Source: Desulfogranum japonicum DSM 18378 (GTDB taxonomy: Bacteria; Desulfobacterota; Desulfobulbia; Desulfobulbales; Desulfobulbaceae). From it: a DNA stretch of 53,033 nt. This document shows positions 20,096-29,526 of this stretch, in pieces. The position numbers and the translations under genes are program-made. The notes below the pieces were generated by a model, which did no database searches, was not told the origin of the DNA, and was given only the letters and a program-made list of their open reading frames with translations. The stretch covers positions 79,815 through 132,847 of the forward strand of contig NZ_KE386996.1 of assembly GCF_000429945.1 (NCBI RefSeq), read 5' to 3'. Every line of letters begins with the position of its first letter. Within the stretch, counting starts at the first letter, position 1.

Positions 20096-20232
20096 GCTGG
20101 TTGATCTTTGACTTTTCTAACGCAAGCCTGGGGCCAGGAGAGCCTTGGTGTTATGTTTTTTGAAATTAGTATTGTATTCAGTATGTTGCGTTAATTTCGA
20201 GTGGTGGCTTTTTGTACGTAGTTTTTGCTGCG

Positions 20233-20370
20233 TGTGTAGATTAGGTGACATTCAAAGGTGTGATTTTTGCTAATATATTGAAATAAAAAGAAAAATTTGA
20301 ATGTGTGGTGTGGGTGACATGCAAAAGCGCTACTTCGTTGAAAGTGTGTAGATTTGGTGACACGGATGAG
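20233..20370. promoter_or_regulatory. Three direct repeats of gtgt(a/g)(g/t)…(t/g)ggtgaca in the divergent intergenic region
   Basis: The copies lie at 20233-20259, 20303-20328 and 20344-20370, between the divergently transcribed HTH gene and the NtrB-like kinase gene. They are candidate operator or enhancer sites. Confidence 0.3.
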
Positions 20371-20449
20371 CGTGGAAGGTAATATCTGTAACTGAAAACA
20401 GGCTGTCTGTATAACGTGTTACGAACTCTTCGGTACAGGAGGAAAGGTC

Positions 20450-21664
20450 GTGGTTGACGAAACCATAAAAATTCTTGAGCAACAGCGTGAGGATCTGGTT
20501 GTTCGTTTTCTCAGAAAGCACGAAGAGGCAGAAGCCAGCCGTTCGTTCACCGAGAGAGTGCTTTCTGGTATTGCAGAGCTTCTTCTTGTACTTGACCAGG
20601 ATTTTAAGATCATTCAGGCCAACAAAGAGTTTTATGCGAAGACGTTGTTCCCAGAAGTCTCTCATGCTCCATTGTACCTGGGAGATATTTTTGACGAGGT
20701 AACTGCGGAAAAAGTTTGCACCGGTTTGAAATCTGTTGAATTTACAGAGTTTGAAGCCCCCCTTAATACCAGAGAGGGAACATTGCCGGTCAAGGTGCGT
20801 GCCTCAAAATATTGTAATCCTGATGGGGTAACTCTGTATTTGCTGATCTGTTCTGATTCTTCAGAATTTTATGATCTCATGCACAGGCTGCAGGAAGGAC
20901 AGAAGCAACTTATCCATTCCAGTCGATTGGCCAATCTGGGTGAAATGACAGCTGGTATAGGCCATGAGCTCACCCAGCCTCTGAATGCAATTCTGCTCTT
21001 TGCCAGGAATGGCCTGAAAGCCCTGAATTCTCAGAATCCGGATCTGCAGATGTTGCAGAGCAACCTGGAGTTTATCGTAGACCGGGTGCATAAGGCGACT
21101 TCTATCATTAATACCATGCGTAGTTTTGGCCGTAAGGTGGAGGACGATCTTTACCCTGTTGATATCAACCCTCTTATTGATAAGATACTCCAGTTTCTGG
21201 AGGCGCAGTTGCGTATAGGAGAGGTAGAGGTGGAGGTGCATAATGCTGATTCAGGTTGTACGGTGCTTGGAGTGGACGTTCGACTTGAACAGGTTTTGCT
21301 TAATCTGATACAGAATGCGCTCCAGGCCATGGGAATGGTTGTCCGTCCCAGGTTGATTCTCAGAACCATGCTGGTTAAGAAAGTCAATCCCAAGACCATG
21401 CGTCGTCAGCCCTATGTTGTCATTTCCATTGAAGACAATGGCCATGGGATAAGTCCCGAAGAACAGAAAAAGATTTTTGATCCCTTTTATACATCCAGAG
21501 CAGCAGGAACAGGAATGGGGCTCGGCCTGTCCATAGTTGAACGAATTGTTCATAGCTTTTCGGGATGTATTGAGGTCAGCTCTTCTCCGGGACAAGGTTC
21601 TTGCTTCCAGGTTGCCATTCCACAGTATATGAAACCGCAAAAGCAGGAAGAGGACATCTCATGA
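20450..21664 (+). CDS. Cytoplasmic PAS-histidine kinase (NtrB-like)
   Basis: A GTG start follows AGGAGG. The H-box is GIGHELTQPLNAI. The HATPase region has NLIQNALQA, DNGHGI and GTGMGLGLSIV. It shares an ATGA overlap with the regulator downstream. Confidence 0.85.
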   Translation: MVDETIKILEQQREDLVVRFLRKHEEAEASRSFTERVLSGIAELLLVLDQDFKIIQANKEFYAKTLFPEVSHAPLYLGDIFDEVTAEKVCTGLKSVEFTEFEAPLNTREGTLPVKVRASKYCNPDGVTLYLLICSDSSEFYDLMHRLQEGQKQLIHSSRLANLGEMTAGIGHELTQPLNAILLFARNGLKALNSQNPDLQMLQSNLEFIVDRVHKATSIINTMRSFGRKVEDDLYPVDINPLIDKILQFLEAQLRIGEVEVEVHNADSGCTVLGVDVRLEQVLLNLIQNALQAMGMVVRPRLILRTMLVKKVNPKTMRRQPYVVISIEDNGHGISPEEQKKIFDPFYTSRAAGTGMGLGLSIVERIVHSFSGCIEVSSSPGQGSCFQVAIPQYMKPQKQEEDIS

Positions 21665-23067
21665 CAAGGCGCGATATCGATTCATTTGGCAAGGGACAGG
21701 AAGTTTTAGTCGTTGATGATGATCGGTTTCTTTTGTCCGCCATCAGTCAGACACTCTTGCTTAATGCCTATAATCCTACGATTACGACCAGTCCTGTAGA
21801 AGCCCTCCAACTGCTCAGGCAGCACGATTTTGCTGTTGTGCTTGCCGATATCCGTATGCCGGAGATGGATGGTATGGAGTTGCTTAAACACCTGCTCGAA
21901 TTTGACCCGGAATTACCAGTCATTCTGATAACCGGGCATGGTGACATTAATCTGGCCGTGGAAGCCATGAAAAGCGGAGCATATCATTTTCTGCAAAAGC
22001 CTGTGGATGAAGATGTAATCCTGGCCACGCTGGAACGGGCTCTTGAGCGAAGGGAGTTGTTGTCAGCCAACAAAAAACTGCAGGAACAGCTTGAAGAGAA
22101 AAAAAGTTTTTCCAATCGGTTTCATGGCCTGATAGGCCAACACCCTTCAATGCAGAAGCTCTTTGCAATGATTGAGACCTATGCCGTGGAGCGGGATCCC
22201 GTCTTGATTGTAGGTGAAACAGGTACAGGTAAGGAACTGGTTGCCCGAGCTATCCATACCATTGGGCAGGGACCGGATACTCCTTACCTTGCCGTCAATA
22301 TGGGGGCGCTGCCTGCAGAAATGATAGAGTCTGAGCTCTTTGGGCATGAAAAAGGTGCTTTTACCGGTGCGATACAACGCAAGGTCGGCAAATTCGAGTA
22401 TGCAGGTACAGGAACTCTTTTTCTGGATGAAATTTGCTCCATGCCAGCACATCTTCAGTCAAAATTGTTGCGGGTTCTGGAAGAGCGAAGTTTTACCCGT
22501 CTGGGGGGGAATCACGCCATTTCCCTGGATGCCCGTATTATCGCTGCAACAAACCGGGACCTCCCCACAGAGATTCAGAAAGGTAATTTTCGCCAGGATC
22601 TCTATTTCCGGCTTAATGTTTTACCTCTCCATCTCCCCCCGTTGCGGGAGCGTAAAGAGGACATTCCCCTGTTGATAGAGCATTTCTCCCGGGAATATTG
22701 TGTCGGTAACACCGAACCACCTGATATTTCGCCAGATGTTATCCTGGAACTGAGTAATCGGATCTGGCCAGGTAACATACGGGAGTTACGTAATGTTGTA
22801 CGTCGATATTGTGTTCTGGGAATGAGTGAAAATGAATCCGCAGGCCAGGAATATATCAAGGATGCAGAGGCCTTGAGCCATCCGGAAACATGTCCTACGT
22901 GGAAAGAGTTCATGACCACGCAGGAAAAAAAATATATCGAAGATGTGCTGCAGCGAACCAATGGCCAGGTGGTAAAGGCACATAAGCGGATGGGAATATC
23001 CAGAAAAAGCCTGTACGAGAAAATTAATAAATACAGCATTGATCTGGAGCAATTTCGGAGTGGTTGA
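21661..23067 (+). CDS. Sigma-54-dependent response regulator (NtrC family: REC, AAA+, Fis-HTH)
   Basis: It has a receiver domain, a Walker A ([15 protein letters not shown]), the GAFTGA motif ([15 protein letters not shown]) and a C-terminal Fis-type HTH. Confidence 0.9.
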   Translation: MTRRDIDSFGKGQEVLVVDDDRFLLSAISQTLLLNAYNPTITTSPVEALQLLRQHDFAVVLADIRMPEMDGMELLKHLLEFDPELPVILITGHGDINLAVEAMKSGAYHFLQKPVDEDVILATLERALERRELLSANKKLQEQLEEKKSFSNRFHGLIGQHPSMQKLFAMIETYAVERDPVLIVGETGTGKELVARAIHTIGQGPDTPYLAVNMGALPAEMIESELFGHEKGAFTGAIQRKVGKFEYAGTGTLFLDEICSMPAHLQSKLLRVLEERSFTRLGGNHAISLDARIIAATNRDLPTEIQKGNFRQDLYFRLNVLPLHLPPLRERKEDIPLLIEHFSREYCVGNTEPPDISPDVILELSNRIWPGNIRELRNVVRRYCVLGMSENESAGQEYIKDAEALSHPETCPTWKEFMTTQEKKYIEDVLQRTNGQVVKAHKRMGISRKSLYEKINKYSIDLEQFRSG

Positions 23068-23212
23068 CCCTGGTACGTGACGTCCTTTCCATTTTGTATT
23101 ATTTAGAACAACTTTGTAGGCTGGTGTTTGTTTGTTTACAAAAAAGTGGACAGACTCTGGTTGAAAAAAATGATTTTCCTTGAAAAGACAACATAAATGA
23201 AGTGAAAATTTC

Positions 23213-23231
23213 TTGGCACGCTTCCTGCTTA
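23213..23231 (+). promoter_or_regulatory. Candidate sigma-54 (-24/-12) promoter
   Basis: The sequence TTGGCACGCTTCCTGCTT has GG and GC separated by exactly 10 nt and matches TGGCACG-N4-TTGC except T to C at the first T of TTGC. It lies about 85 nt upstream of the Nif11-like ORF and just downstream of the NtrC-like activator. Confidence 0.55.
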
Positions 23232-23316
23232 TACATTTATGAAATTATTGATTGGATGTGATGACAGTACGATTTTTTTCAATATAGAAGATATTCGTGG
23301 AAGAAAGGAGGCTATT

Positions 23317-23538
23317 ATGTCAAAAAAAGAAGTAGAAAGATTTCTCATTGCTGGTGGCGAAAACAAAGAAGTGCGTCTCAAGTATAACCAGATCGAGGCG
23401 ATGTCCAGTTTCGTAGCAACCGCCGTTGCAGATGGCTATGATTTTACGGAAGAAGAACTGACCCTGGTATTGCGTGAGAATGGTGATAGTTTTGAATCCT
23501 ATGGTAATCCGCGTATGCGTGATATCTGGTGGTATTAA
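23317..23538 (+). CDS. Small Nif11-domain protein (73 aa)
   Basis: The start MSKKEVERFL follows AAGGAGG at a 5-nt spacer. The motifs …FLIAGGENKEV…FVATAVADGYDFTEEEL… fit the Nif11/N11P domain pattern. A 21-aa C-terminal tail ends in DIWWY. Confidence 0.6.
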   Translation: MSKKEVERFLIAGGENKEVRLKYNQIEAMSSFVATAVADGYDFTEEELTLVLRENGDSFESYGNPRMRDIWWY

Positions 23539-23820
23539 TGCGTGTGATCTCATTTCCTTTGTAGTTTATTTCTCTCAAGCAAAAGAACGGTCTGGCAAAG
23601 AGGTGTATTTGAACCTTACTGTCAGGCCGTTTCTTTTATCTGGTACCCAGAATATCTCTTCACAGCCTTTTGCGGGTGTGCCGTTACTGATTTTTCTGAA
23701 TGCTCGAAATTGTTATATACTTTTTGAACTATCTATGCGGGAAACCGCGATCGTGCAAAGAGGTAAGCGACCATTGGGAAACTCCGTTGAGTATCTGTGA
23801 TCAATCAGTTACGTACAATC

Positions 23821-25191
23821 TTATGCAGGGACAGTATCCCCTAATTCGCAGGATATCTTCTTGAACTCCTCTTCTATTGCAAGAAAGGCTTCAACCACGT
23901 CGGGATCAAAATGCTTATTGGTTTCCGAGACTATGATAGCTTTGGCTTCTTCATGGGACATAGCATCTTTGTATACCCGTTTTGAACGTAAAGCATCGTA
24001 AACATCTGCCAGGGCCATTATACGTCCCTCCAAAGGTATATGGGTGCCTTGCAGGCCCATGGGATAACCTGTGCTATCCCATTTCTCATGATGATACAGA
24101 ATGATTTTTTCGGCAGCAAGAAGATAGGGAGTGCCTTGTACACCGATTTTATTTTTAACTTTTTCTATAACCCTGTTGCCAATAAGAGTGTGATCTTTCA
24201 TCTGTTCAAATTCATCGGCGGTGAGCTTGCCTGGTTTTCGCAGAATATGGTCAGGTATACCAACCTTTCCTATATCGTGAAGGGGAGCAACCTGATGCAA
24301 AAGATCGATATAAGCATCTGAGAAGTCAGCCTTACCGGTTATTTTCAGATATTTTGCCAGCTTGAGCAAATAGGTTTGGGTTCGCAGAACATGTTTTCCG
24401 GTTTCGTTGTCTTTTAGATCAGACATTTCCATAAGGACATTGATGATGGCGGCGTGGGTATTTTTTAACTCTAATTCCTTTTTCTCCAGGGCTTCCTGCC
24501 TGATGACAGCCTCTGTGATGTCCTGTATGAGTCCGACGCTTTTGGTTGGAATATCTCCATCGTAAAAGGTTTTACAGATTTCCTTATAGTAGTGTATGCC
24601 ACCATCAACAATAACCCGATGGGTAATATTATAGTCGGTACCATGTTTAACAGAATTACTGTATACCTTGTCTACCATTTCTCTGTCATTTGGGTGGACA
24701 CAGTTTAAAAATGTAGCATAGGTTGGAGGTCCGTCTGCTCTGTCCAGATCAAGCATGTCATAGACTTCATCTGACCAGTACAGTTTATCGGTAATCAGAT
24801 TCAGTTCCCAGTGCCCAATCTTTGCAAGAGACTTAGCCTCTCTCATTCGTTCCTGTTCAAGGCTCAGTTCATCTCTCAATGTTTCAAGCTCACTGATATT
24901 CTTTAAAGATATAATGATATATTCATCCTGCTCAAAATCCAGTTTGTTCAATTGATATTCGACTGAAAGATAAGACCCTAGTGAGGTTTTAAGCTTTCCC
25001 AAATTCTCTGCACTGAATTTGGACCATAAGCTTTGGATAGGCTTACCGATAATGTCCTTTCCATCGTATCCTGTCATATGAAAAAAAGATTCATTAGCAT
25101 GCATCATAAGGCCCAATTCATCGGCAATAATCATGCCGTCTGAGGTCGTGTTCAACCACTTTAGGACTGTTTCGCTAAGGGGTTTATTCAT
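23821..25191 (-). CDS. PAS-sensor HD-GYP domain protein (probable c-di-GMP phosphodiesterase)
   Basis: The HD-GYP signatures are HDIGKVGIPD and HHEKWDSTGYPMGL. N-terminal PAS-like repeats are present. The start MNKPL follows GGAGG. Confidence 0.85.
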   Translation of the reverse strand: MNKPLSETVLKWLNTTSDGMIIADELGLMMHANESFFHMTGYDGKDIIGKPIQSLWSKFSAENLGKLKTSLGSYLSVEYQLNKLDFEQDEYIIISLKNISELETLRDELSLEQERMREAKSLAKIGHWELNLITDKLYWSDEVYDMLDLDRADGPPTYATFLNCVHPNDREMVDKVYSNSVKHGTDYNITHRVIVDGGIHYYKEICKTFYDGDIPTKSVGLIQDITEAVIRQEALEKKELELKNTHAAIINVLMEMSDLKDNETGKHVLRTQTYLLKLAKYLKITGKADFSDAYIDLLHQVAPLHDIGKVGIPDHILRKPGKLTADEFEQMKDHTLIGNRVIEKVKNKIGVQGTPYLLAAEKIILYHHEKWDSTGYPMGLQGTHIPLEGRIMALADVYDALRSKRVYKDAMSHEEAKAIIVSETNKHFDPDVVEAFLAIEEEFKKISCELGDTVPA

Positions 25192-25352
25192 CACAACATC
25201 CTCCAATTTCATAGGGCAACCGGGAATATGCAAGTGATGTCCTGTTTTTTAGTATGTGCCACTGTTACAGGACATCACCAAATACATAATAATCAATATG
25301 GCTGATAGTTGTTTATAGGTCATGAGTCTAACGGCTGAGTTCAGGGGGTGGT

Positions 25353-25398
25353 GAGTTGAGAGACAAGCAAGATTGGATAATTAATTTTTTCCGTGACC
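25353..25398. repeat. Family-A element, right-end fragment (A1)
   Basis: The sequence gagttgagagacaagcaagattggataattaattttttccgtgaccc matches the right 45 bp of the full copies at 32229 and 50004. Confidence 0.6.
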
Positions 25399-25408
25399 CT
25401 TGGATAGC

Positions 25409-25488
25409 GCCTGTCCATTAATGGTCTTTTCGGAATATCGTTCCTCGCTTACCTAACCTTGCACAAAAATTCTCATTTCTGGACAGGC
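25409..25488. repeat. Family-B element (B1) with 10-bp terminal inverted repeats
   Basis: The ends gcctgtccat and ctggacaggc enclose tcttttcgga…cgcttacct…aaaaat(t/c)(c/t)tcattt, which is shared with 29369-29442 and 51762-51841. Confidence 0.55.
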
Positions 25489-26554
25489 ACTAGATAACCA
25501 ACTTCGATTAACCGATAGAGTAAAATTGAAAAACTCAGCTTCGAAAAATTGCCGAAACAGCCAGTCACTTGAAGCGTTTTGTTGCGTGCCGGGCACGGCA
25601 CACGTTATTAAAGGTGTGTGTAACTAACTGTACATGATTACAAACGGTTAGGCAAGACCCAGACTCATCCTGATGGAGACGAAGGACGTAGCGCTATAGC
25701 GTGCCTATCCCTCGACAGGAGAAACCCGCATCATGATGGGAATAGTTGAGCGGGGAAATATAATGCGTTCTCTAAAGCAGGTTAAGGCTAAGTAAAGAGT
25801 TCACCCGGAGTGGGCCGGCAAGTAAGAAATATGATATCCTACCGGTTAACAAGCCGTTGGGATATTTAGAAAGTTTCAGGCTGAGGTAGATGTGTAGGCA
25901 GAGATTTCCCTGCAAACGAAGCAGTGAGTAATTCTGAGATGTATGCAAAAGGATTACGCCCCTGCATCCCAGCATACGGCATGTTCTGGTGTCAGGCCGT
26001 ATGCGCCCGGTACAGCGTTCGCCTTTATCCGATTTGGAACAAAAATATATTTTTCTCCATTGCACAACAGGATGCAAGCGTCTTTCAGCGACATTGTTGG
26101 TTCTACGTTTTGGTGTTGGATGAATTAAAACGGGTGATTCCAAGTGCTGAGAAATCGTAGCACCCGAGTTTCTCCTTCGTCATCTTCACTGTTTTCACAG
26201 CCGCTGCACAATTCTTTTATTTTGTCACTGTTGGAAGAGAATCTCCGGGAGACGAACACTCCTTCCCTCGTCACTCTCCCCTGCTGTGTCCTGACGAGGA
26301 TCTGCACAGAGACCTTCACGCCATAACACATTCGTCTGGTAAACCTTTTATCTGCCAGGAGTTAGGCCAACTTTGTTTATAACTGCAAGGTACTGATACG
26401 TGAGAAACTGTTAGCTTCTTGGGTGAGAATCTGCAGTGGCAACGTAAAAATGGATCAACTGAAAGGTTTCCACTTTTACGCTGCCAAATTGATCTTAGAA
26501 ACAAGGTATTACAGAGAAACGACAACTATCATTACACCGAACAAGAAATACGTT

Positions 26555-28246
26555 TCAGATTTTGAAATTATTTACTAACCGGCTGAGTTCACGTGCCAAT
26601 CTTTGCAGTTCTTCAGCGCTTGAGTTTAGAGTTTTACTACTTTCCGAAATGTCGGTTGAGGCTGAGTTTACCCCGGTGATATCCTGAGATATAGTAGCGG
26701 CCACCATGGTGCTCTGGTTAACATTCTCATTGACTTCACCCATTCCCTGTGAGGCCTGAGAAATATTACTGGCAATTTCCTCGGTTGCCGCTTGTTGTTC
26801 GGCTATTGATGTGGAAATAGTAGAAATTATTTCATTTACATTATTAATGACTTCAGTGATCTCTTGAATATCTTTGACAGTTGTTGAAGTCGTGGTTTGT
26901 ACCTCATCGATCTGGCCTTTGATATTTAGAGTAGCGGCTGCAGTCTGTTTGGCTAGTTCTTTGATTTCATTGGCAACAACCGCAAATCCCTTGCCTGCCT
27001 CACCTGCTCGGGCTGCCTCAATGGTAGCATTGAGCGCGAGCAAATTGGTCTGCTCTGAAATTTCAGTAATTGTCTCTGTTACTTTGCCGATGGCCTGGGC
27101 TGCCATGCCAAGTGTATCCATTTTCGTGGAGGCATTTTCCGCTTTTTTGACAGCATCTTCTGAAATTGCGTGGGCTTTTTCCGAATTTATAGCGATCTCT
27201 TTGATAGTCGCTGTCATTTCTTCTGAGGCACTTGCAACCATTGAAGCATTGGTCGCCGATTCTTCCATTGCTGCGGCAACACTGTTGAGATTGGCCGTCA
27301 TTTCTTCGGCAGCAACAGCAACATTATTGGCTCGTTTGGCTGTTTCAGTAGAGTTCGCAAAAAGATTCGAACTAATATTCGACAACGAAGTTGATGAATC
27401 ATTCACCGATTTTGTGTTGGTAGCGACTTGGGTTATAATGCTCTGAAGTTTTTCAACAAATATATTAAACCATCTTGAAAGGTCACCGATTTCATCCTGA
27501 GAATCAGCTTTTAAACGCATTGTCAGGTCGCCTTCACCTTCTGCAATATCTTTCAGGCGATTAATTGCATTATTCAGTGGATGGGTGATACCTCTGGCAG
27601 TAAAAAACGCAATAAGGAAACCTAATATAACGCCAATAGCGACCATGATAATCGTAGCAACAATTGCTTTGTTAAACGTTGCAATTGAATTCTCCCGCTC
27701 TGATTTCGCATACTCTTGGGAAAGCTCGGTTAGCTTATCTATCTGGTTTCTCATGTTTTCGAACTTGCTGCTGGCATCTCCCATGGCCAGATCGAGAGCC
27801 AAACGCCTTCCTTCACGAGTGTCGGAAGATCTGCCGTCAACGATAGATTGCGATACCGGCATCCAGTCATTGTATGCTGCATCATATGCTCTGATCAGCT
27901 CTTGTTCCTCTGCGGTCAATCCTTCCAGTTCTTTGTATTTTTGCCATCGCTCTTCGGCTTGGTCGCGGTTTGTCTCATACTCTTTAATTAACGTCTTAAA
28001 TGTCTCAGATTTCACGTTGGTGAAGATCATCGATCTTTCAGCAACAAGTAACTGCTGTAGATCTCGGTCAATTTCCAGCAACAAATTGATGGTAGGCATT
28101 CTGACGGCAAAGATAGTGTTCATGTTGCCATCAATGGTTTTGAGGCCGTTATAGTTGCTCGCGCCCAATACTAAAATAACAGCAATAACGAGTCCGAATC
28201 CCAAAAAGAGCTTTATCCGGATTTTTAAATTTTTGAGAAACATCAT
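26555..28246 (-). CDS. Methyl-accepting chemotaxis protein (4HB-type sensor, HAMP, MA domain)
   Basis: The order is TM, a periplasmic helical domain, TM, HAMP, then a highly conserved MCP signalling domain ([26 protein letters not shown]). Confidence 0.9.
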   Translation of the reverse strand: MMFLKNLKIRIKLFLGFGLVIAVILVLGASNYNGLKTIDGNMNTIFAVRMPTINLLLEIDRDLQQLLVAERSMIFTNVKSETFKTLIKEYETNRDQAEERWQKYKELEGLTAEEQELIRAYDAAYNDWMPVSQSIVDGRSSDTREGRRLALDLAMGDASSKFENMRNQIDKLTELSQEYAKSERENSIATFNKAIVATIIMVAIGVILGFLIAFFTARGITHPLNNAINRLKDIAEGEGDLTMRLKADSQDEIGDLSRWFNIFVEKLQSIITQVATNTKSVNDSSTSLSNISSNLFANSTETAKRANNVAVAAEEMTANLNSVAAAMEESATNASMVASASEEMTATIKEIAINSEKAHAISEDAVKKAENASTKMDTLGMAAQAIGKVTETITEISEQTNLLALNATIEAARAGEAGKGFAVVANEIKELAKQTAAATLNIKGQIDEVQTTTSTTVKDIQEITEVINNVNEIISTISTSIAEQQAATEEIASNISQASQGMGEVNENVNQSTMVAATISQDITGVNSASTDISESSKTLNSSAEELQRLARELSRLVNNFKI

Positions 28247-28323
28247 ATACGCTACCTCTGATATGTCCTTTTGTTATTATGTTACTACGTCTTAAGGTAT
28301 AGCATGGAACGCGTGAATGGGAT

Positions 28324-28878
28324 TCATTCTACGGCATCAACATCAATACCAAAGGTAATGGAGCCAATTGCCTTGCCGTCATCTAATACAGGAACAGAAA
28401 TTTGAACAAGGTAGGTTTGTGCACTGTCATCGAATTTCACCTCGTCCACAAAAACTGCACCGGAGCCGCCGGCAAAGCTCTTGGTAAATTTGGCTTCGTC
28501 GCCCTGCCAGTAGTCTGATGTTTTGTCAGTCATTGCAACATTAGCACCTTGATTGTCGGTAACGAAGATTTCCGAATAATAGGGCGCTGACTTCTGGATT
28601 TTCTGAAGATATTTCCCGCAATCGGACTCCATGAGGGCTTTCATGTAATCTGTGACACCTACGCTAGCCTGCCATTGAACGTCTTGAGCCTTGATCTGGT
28701 CGAGGGTTTTTCCTTTGGCATTTTCGGCTTTCACTGCCTCAACAATGACGGGATCACTGCCAAATGCTGCGAGAGTCGAGTTCCCAAGATCTACAATTTT
28801 TTGCGGTGCTTTCTCAGCATAGGCAACGCTGCAAAACATCATAGCGACGAGTGTTAAGACGATTGCGGTAATTTTCAT
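28324..28878 (-). CDS. Periplasmic Cache/PDC-like single-domain protein with signal peptide
   Basis: The leader is MKITAIVLTLVAMMFCSVAYA. The pattern YYSEIFVTD…G…V…QISVPV…GKAIGSITFGIDVD is Cache-like. It lies immediately upstream of, and co-directional with, the MCP. Confidence 0.55.
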   Translation of the reverse strand: MKITAIVLTLVAMMFCSVAYAEKAPQKIVDLGNSTLAAFGSDPVIVEAVKAENAKGKTLDQIKAQDVQWQASVGVTDYMKALMESDCGKYLQKIQKSAPYYSEIFVTDNQGANVAMTDKTSDYWQGDEAKFTKSFAGGSGAVFVDEVKFDDSAQTYLVQISVPVLDDGKAIGSITFGIDVDAVE

Positions 28879-29368
28879 AGTCGGCTCTCCTTGAGAAATT
28901 AAAAATTTGACAAAGTATGCAGCAGCAGCGGGTAAAAAGACCCGCGAAAAGAGAAATGTCTCTTTTATGGTTAGTATATGTCAGTTATTTTCTGGAGTCA
29001 AAATGTAGATGGACAGTTTATCACCTAGATAAGGGCTGCAGAAAAGTAAAACTGCCCAGAGATTGCGCAGGGTATCCGATGCCCAAAGAACACCCCTGTA
29101 GTTTCTCACCCTCTCTCCTCGAAGTGCAGTCTCAAGTTGCAGTAGCCTGACGCAACATCAGGGATAATCAGTGCGAACATATTTGCTAAGCACTCTGGTC
29201 TGCGGACGAAACTTTCGGGAGAAAAGAGGGAATGGATGGGAGGTCATCATTTGAGAAGATGATGAATATATTATACGATGAAATAGGGAATTCGAAGTTT
29301 TCACCGGAGATCAGTTATAGTGCGGAGGTGAGTGGAACCAGGAAAATAGAGACCCCGTGACTAAGTGA

Positions 29369-29442
29369 GTCTGTGCATAGATGATCTTTTCGGAGTCTAC
29401 GCTTGCCTAAACTTGAGTAAAAATCCTCATTTATGGACAGAC
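29369..29442. repeat. Family-B element (B2)
   Basis: The ends are gtctgtgcat and atggacagac. The interior tcttttcggagtctacgcttgcctaaacttgagtaaaaatcctcattt matches the other B copies. It abuts the 5' end of the HD-GYP gene at 29527. Confidence 0.55.
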
Positions 29443-29526
29443 ATGAGTTTACTGCTGCCTACTACTCTCATTTCTTGCAGGGGGAGGCGGCAAAGATTTT
29501 TTCGGTTATTATATTGTATCGATGCC

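Noticed and set aside
23317-23538. Nif11-like ORF as a lanthipeptide or other RiPP precursor
   Set aside because: It has no Cys, no GG/GA leader-cleavage motif, no LanM, LanB/C, radical-SAM or YcaO gene within the window, and only a 21-aa tail. It is reported as a small regulated Nif11-domain protein instead.
25234-26554. Known structured RNAs (tmRNA, RNase P RNA, SRP RNA, c-di-GMP riboswitch) in the 1.3-kb ORF-free region
   Set aside because: I searched by eye for the hallmark strings (tRNA-like GGTTCGA end, AGTCCGGGC, GCACAGGGCAAA/GGACGCAAAGCC) and found none. This cannot be excluded without Infernal.
26874-28154. Long antisense ORFs (190 and 189 aa) inside the MCP gene; similar ones lie inside the second MCP (41494-42690), the PEP-synthase-like gene (14447-15121) and the GT gene (5678-6139)
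   Set aside because: They are Ala/Ser-rich antisense translations of MCP coiled-coil repeats, or GC-skew artefacts. The sense strand carries unmistakable domain signatures.
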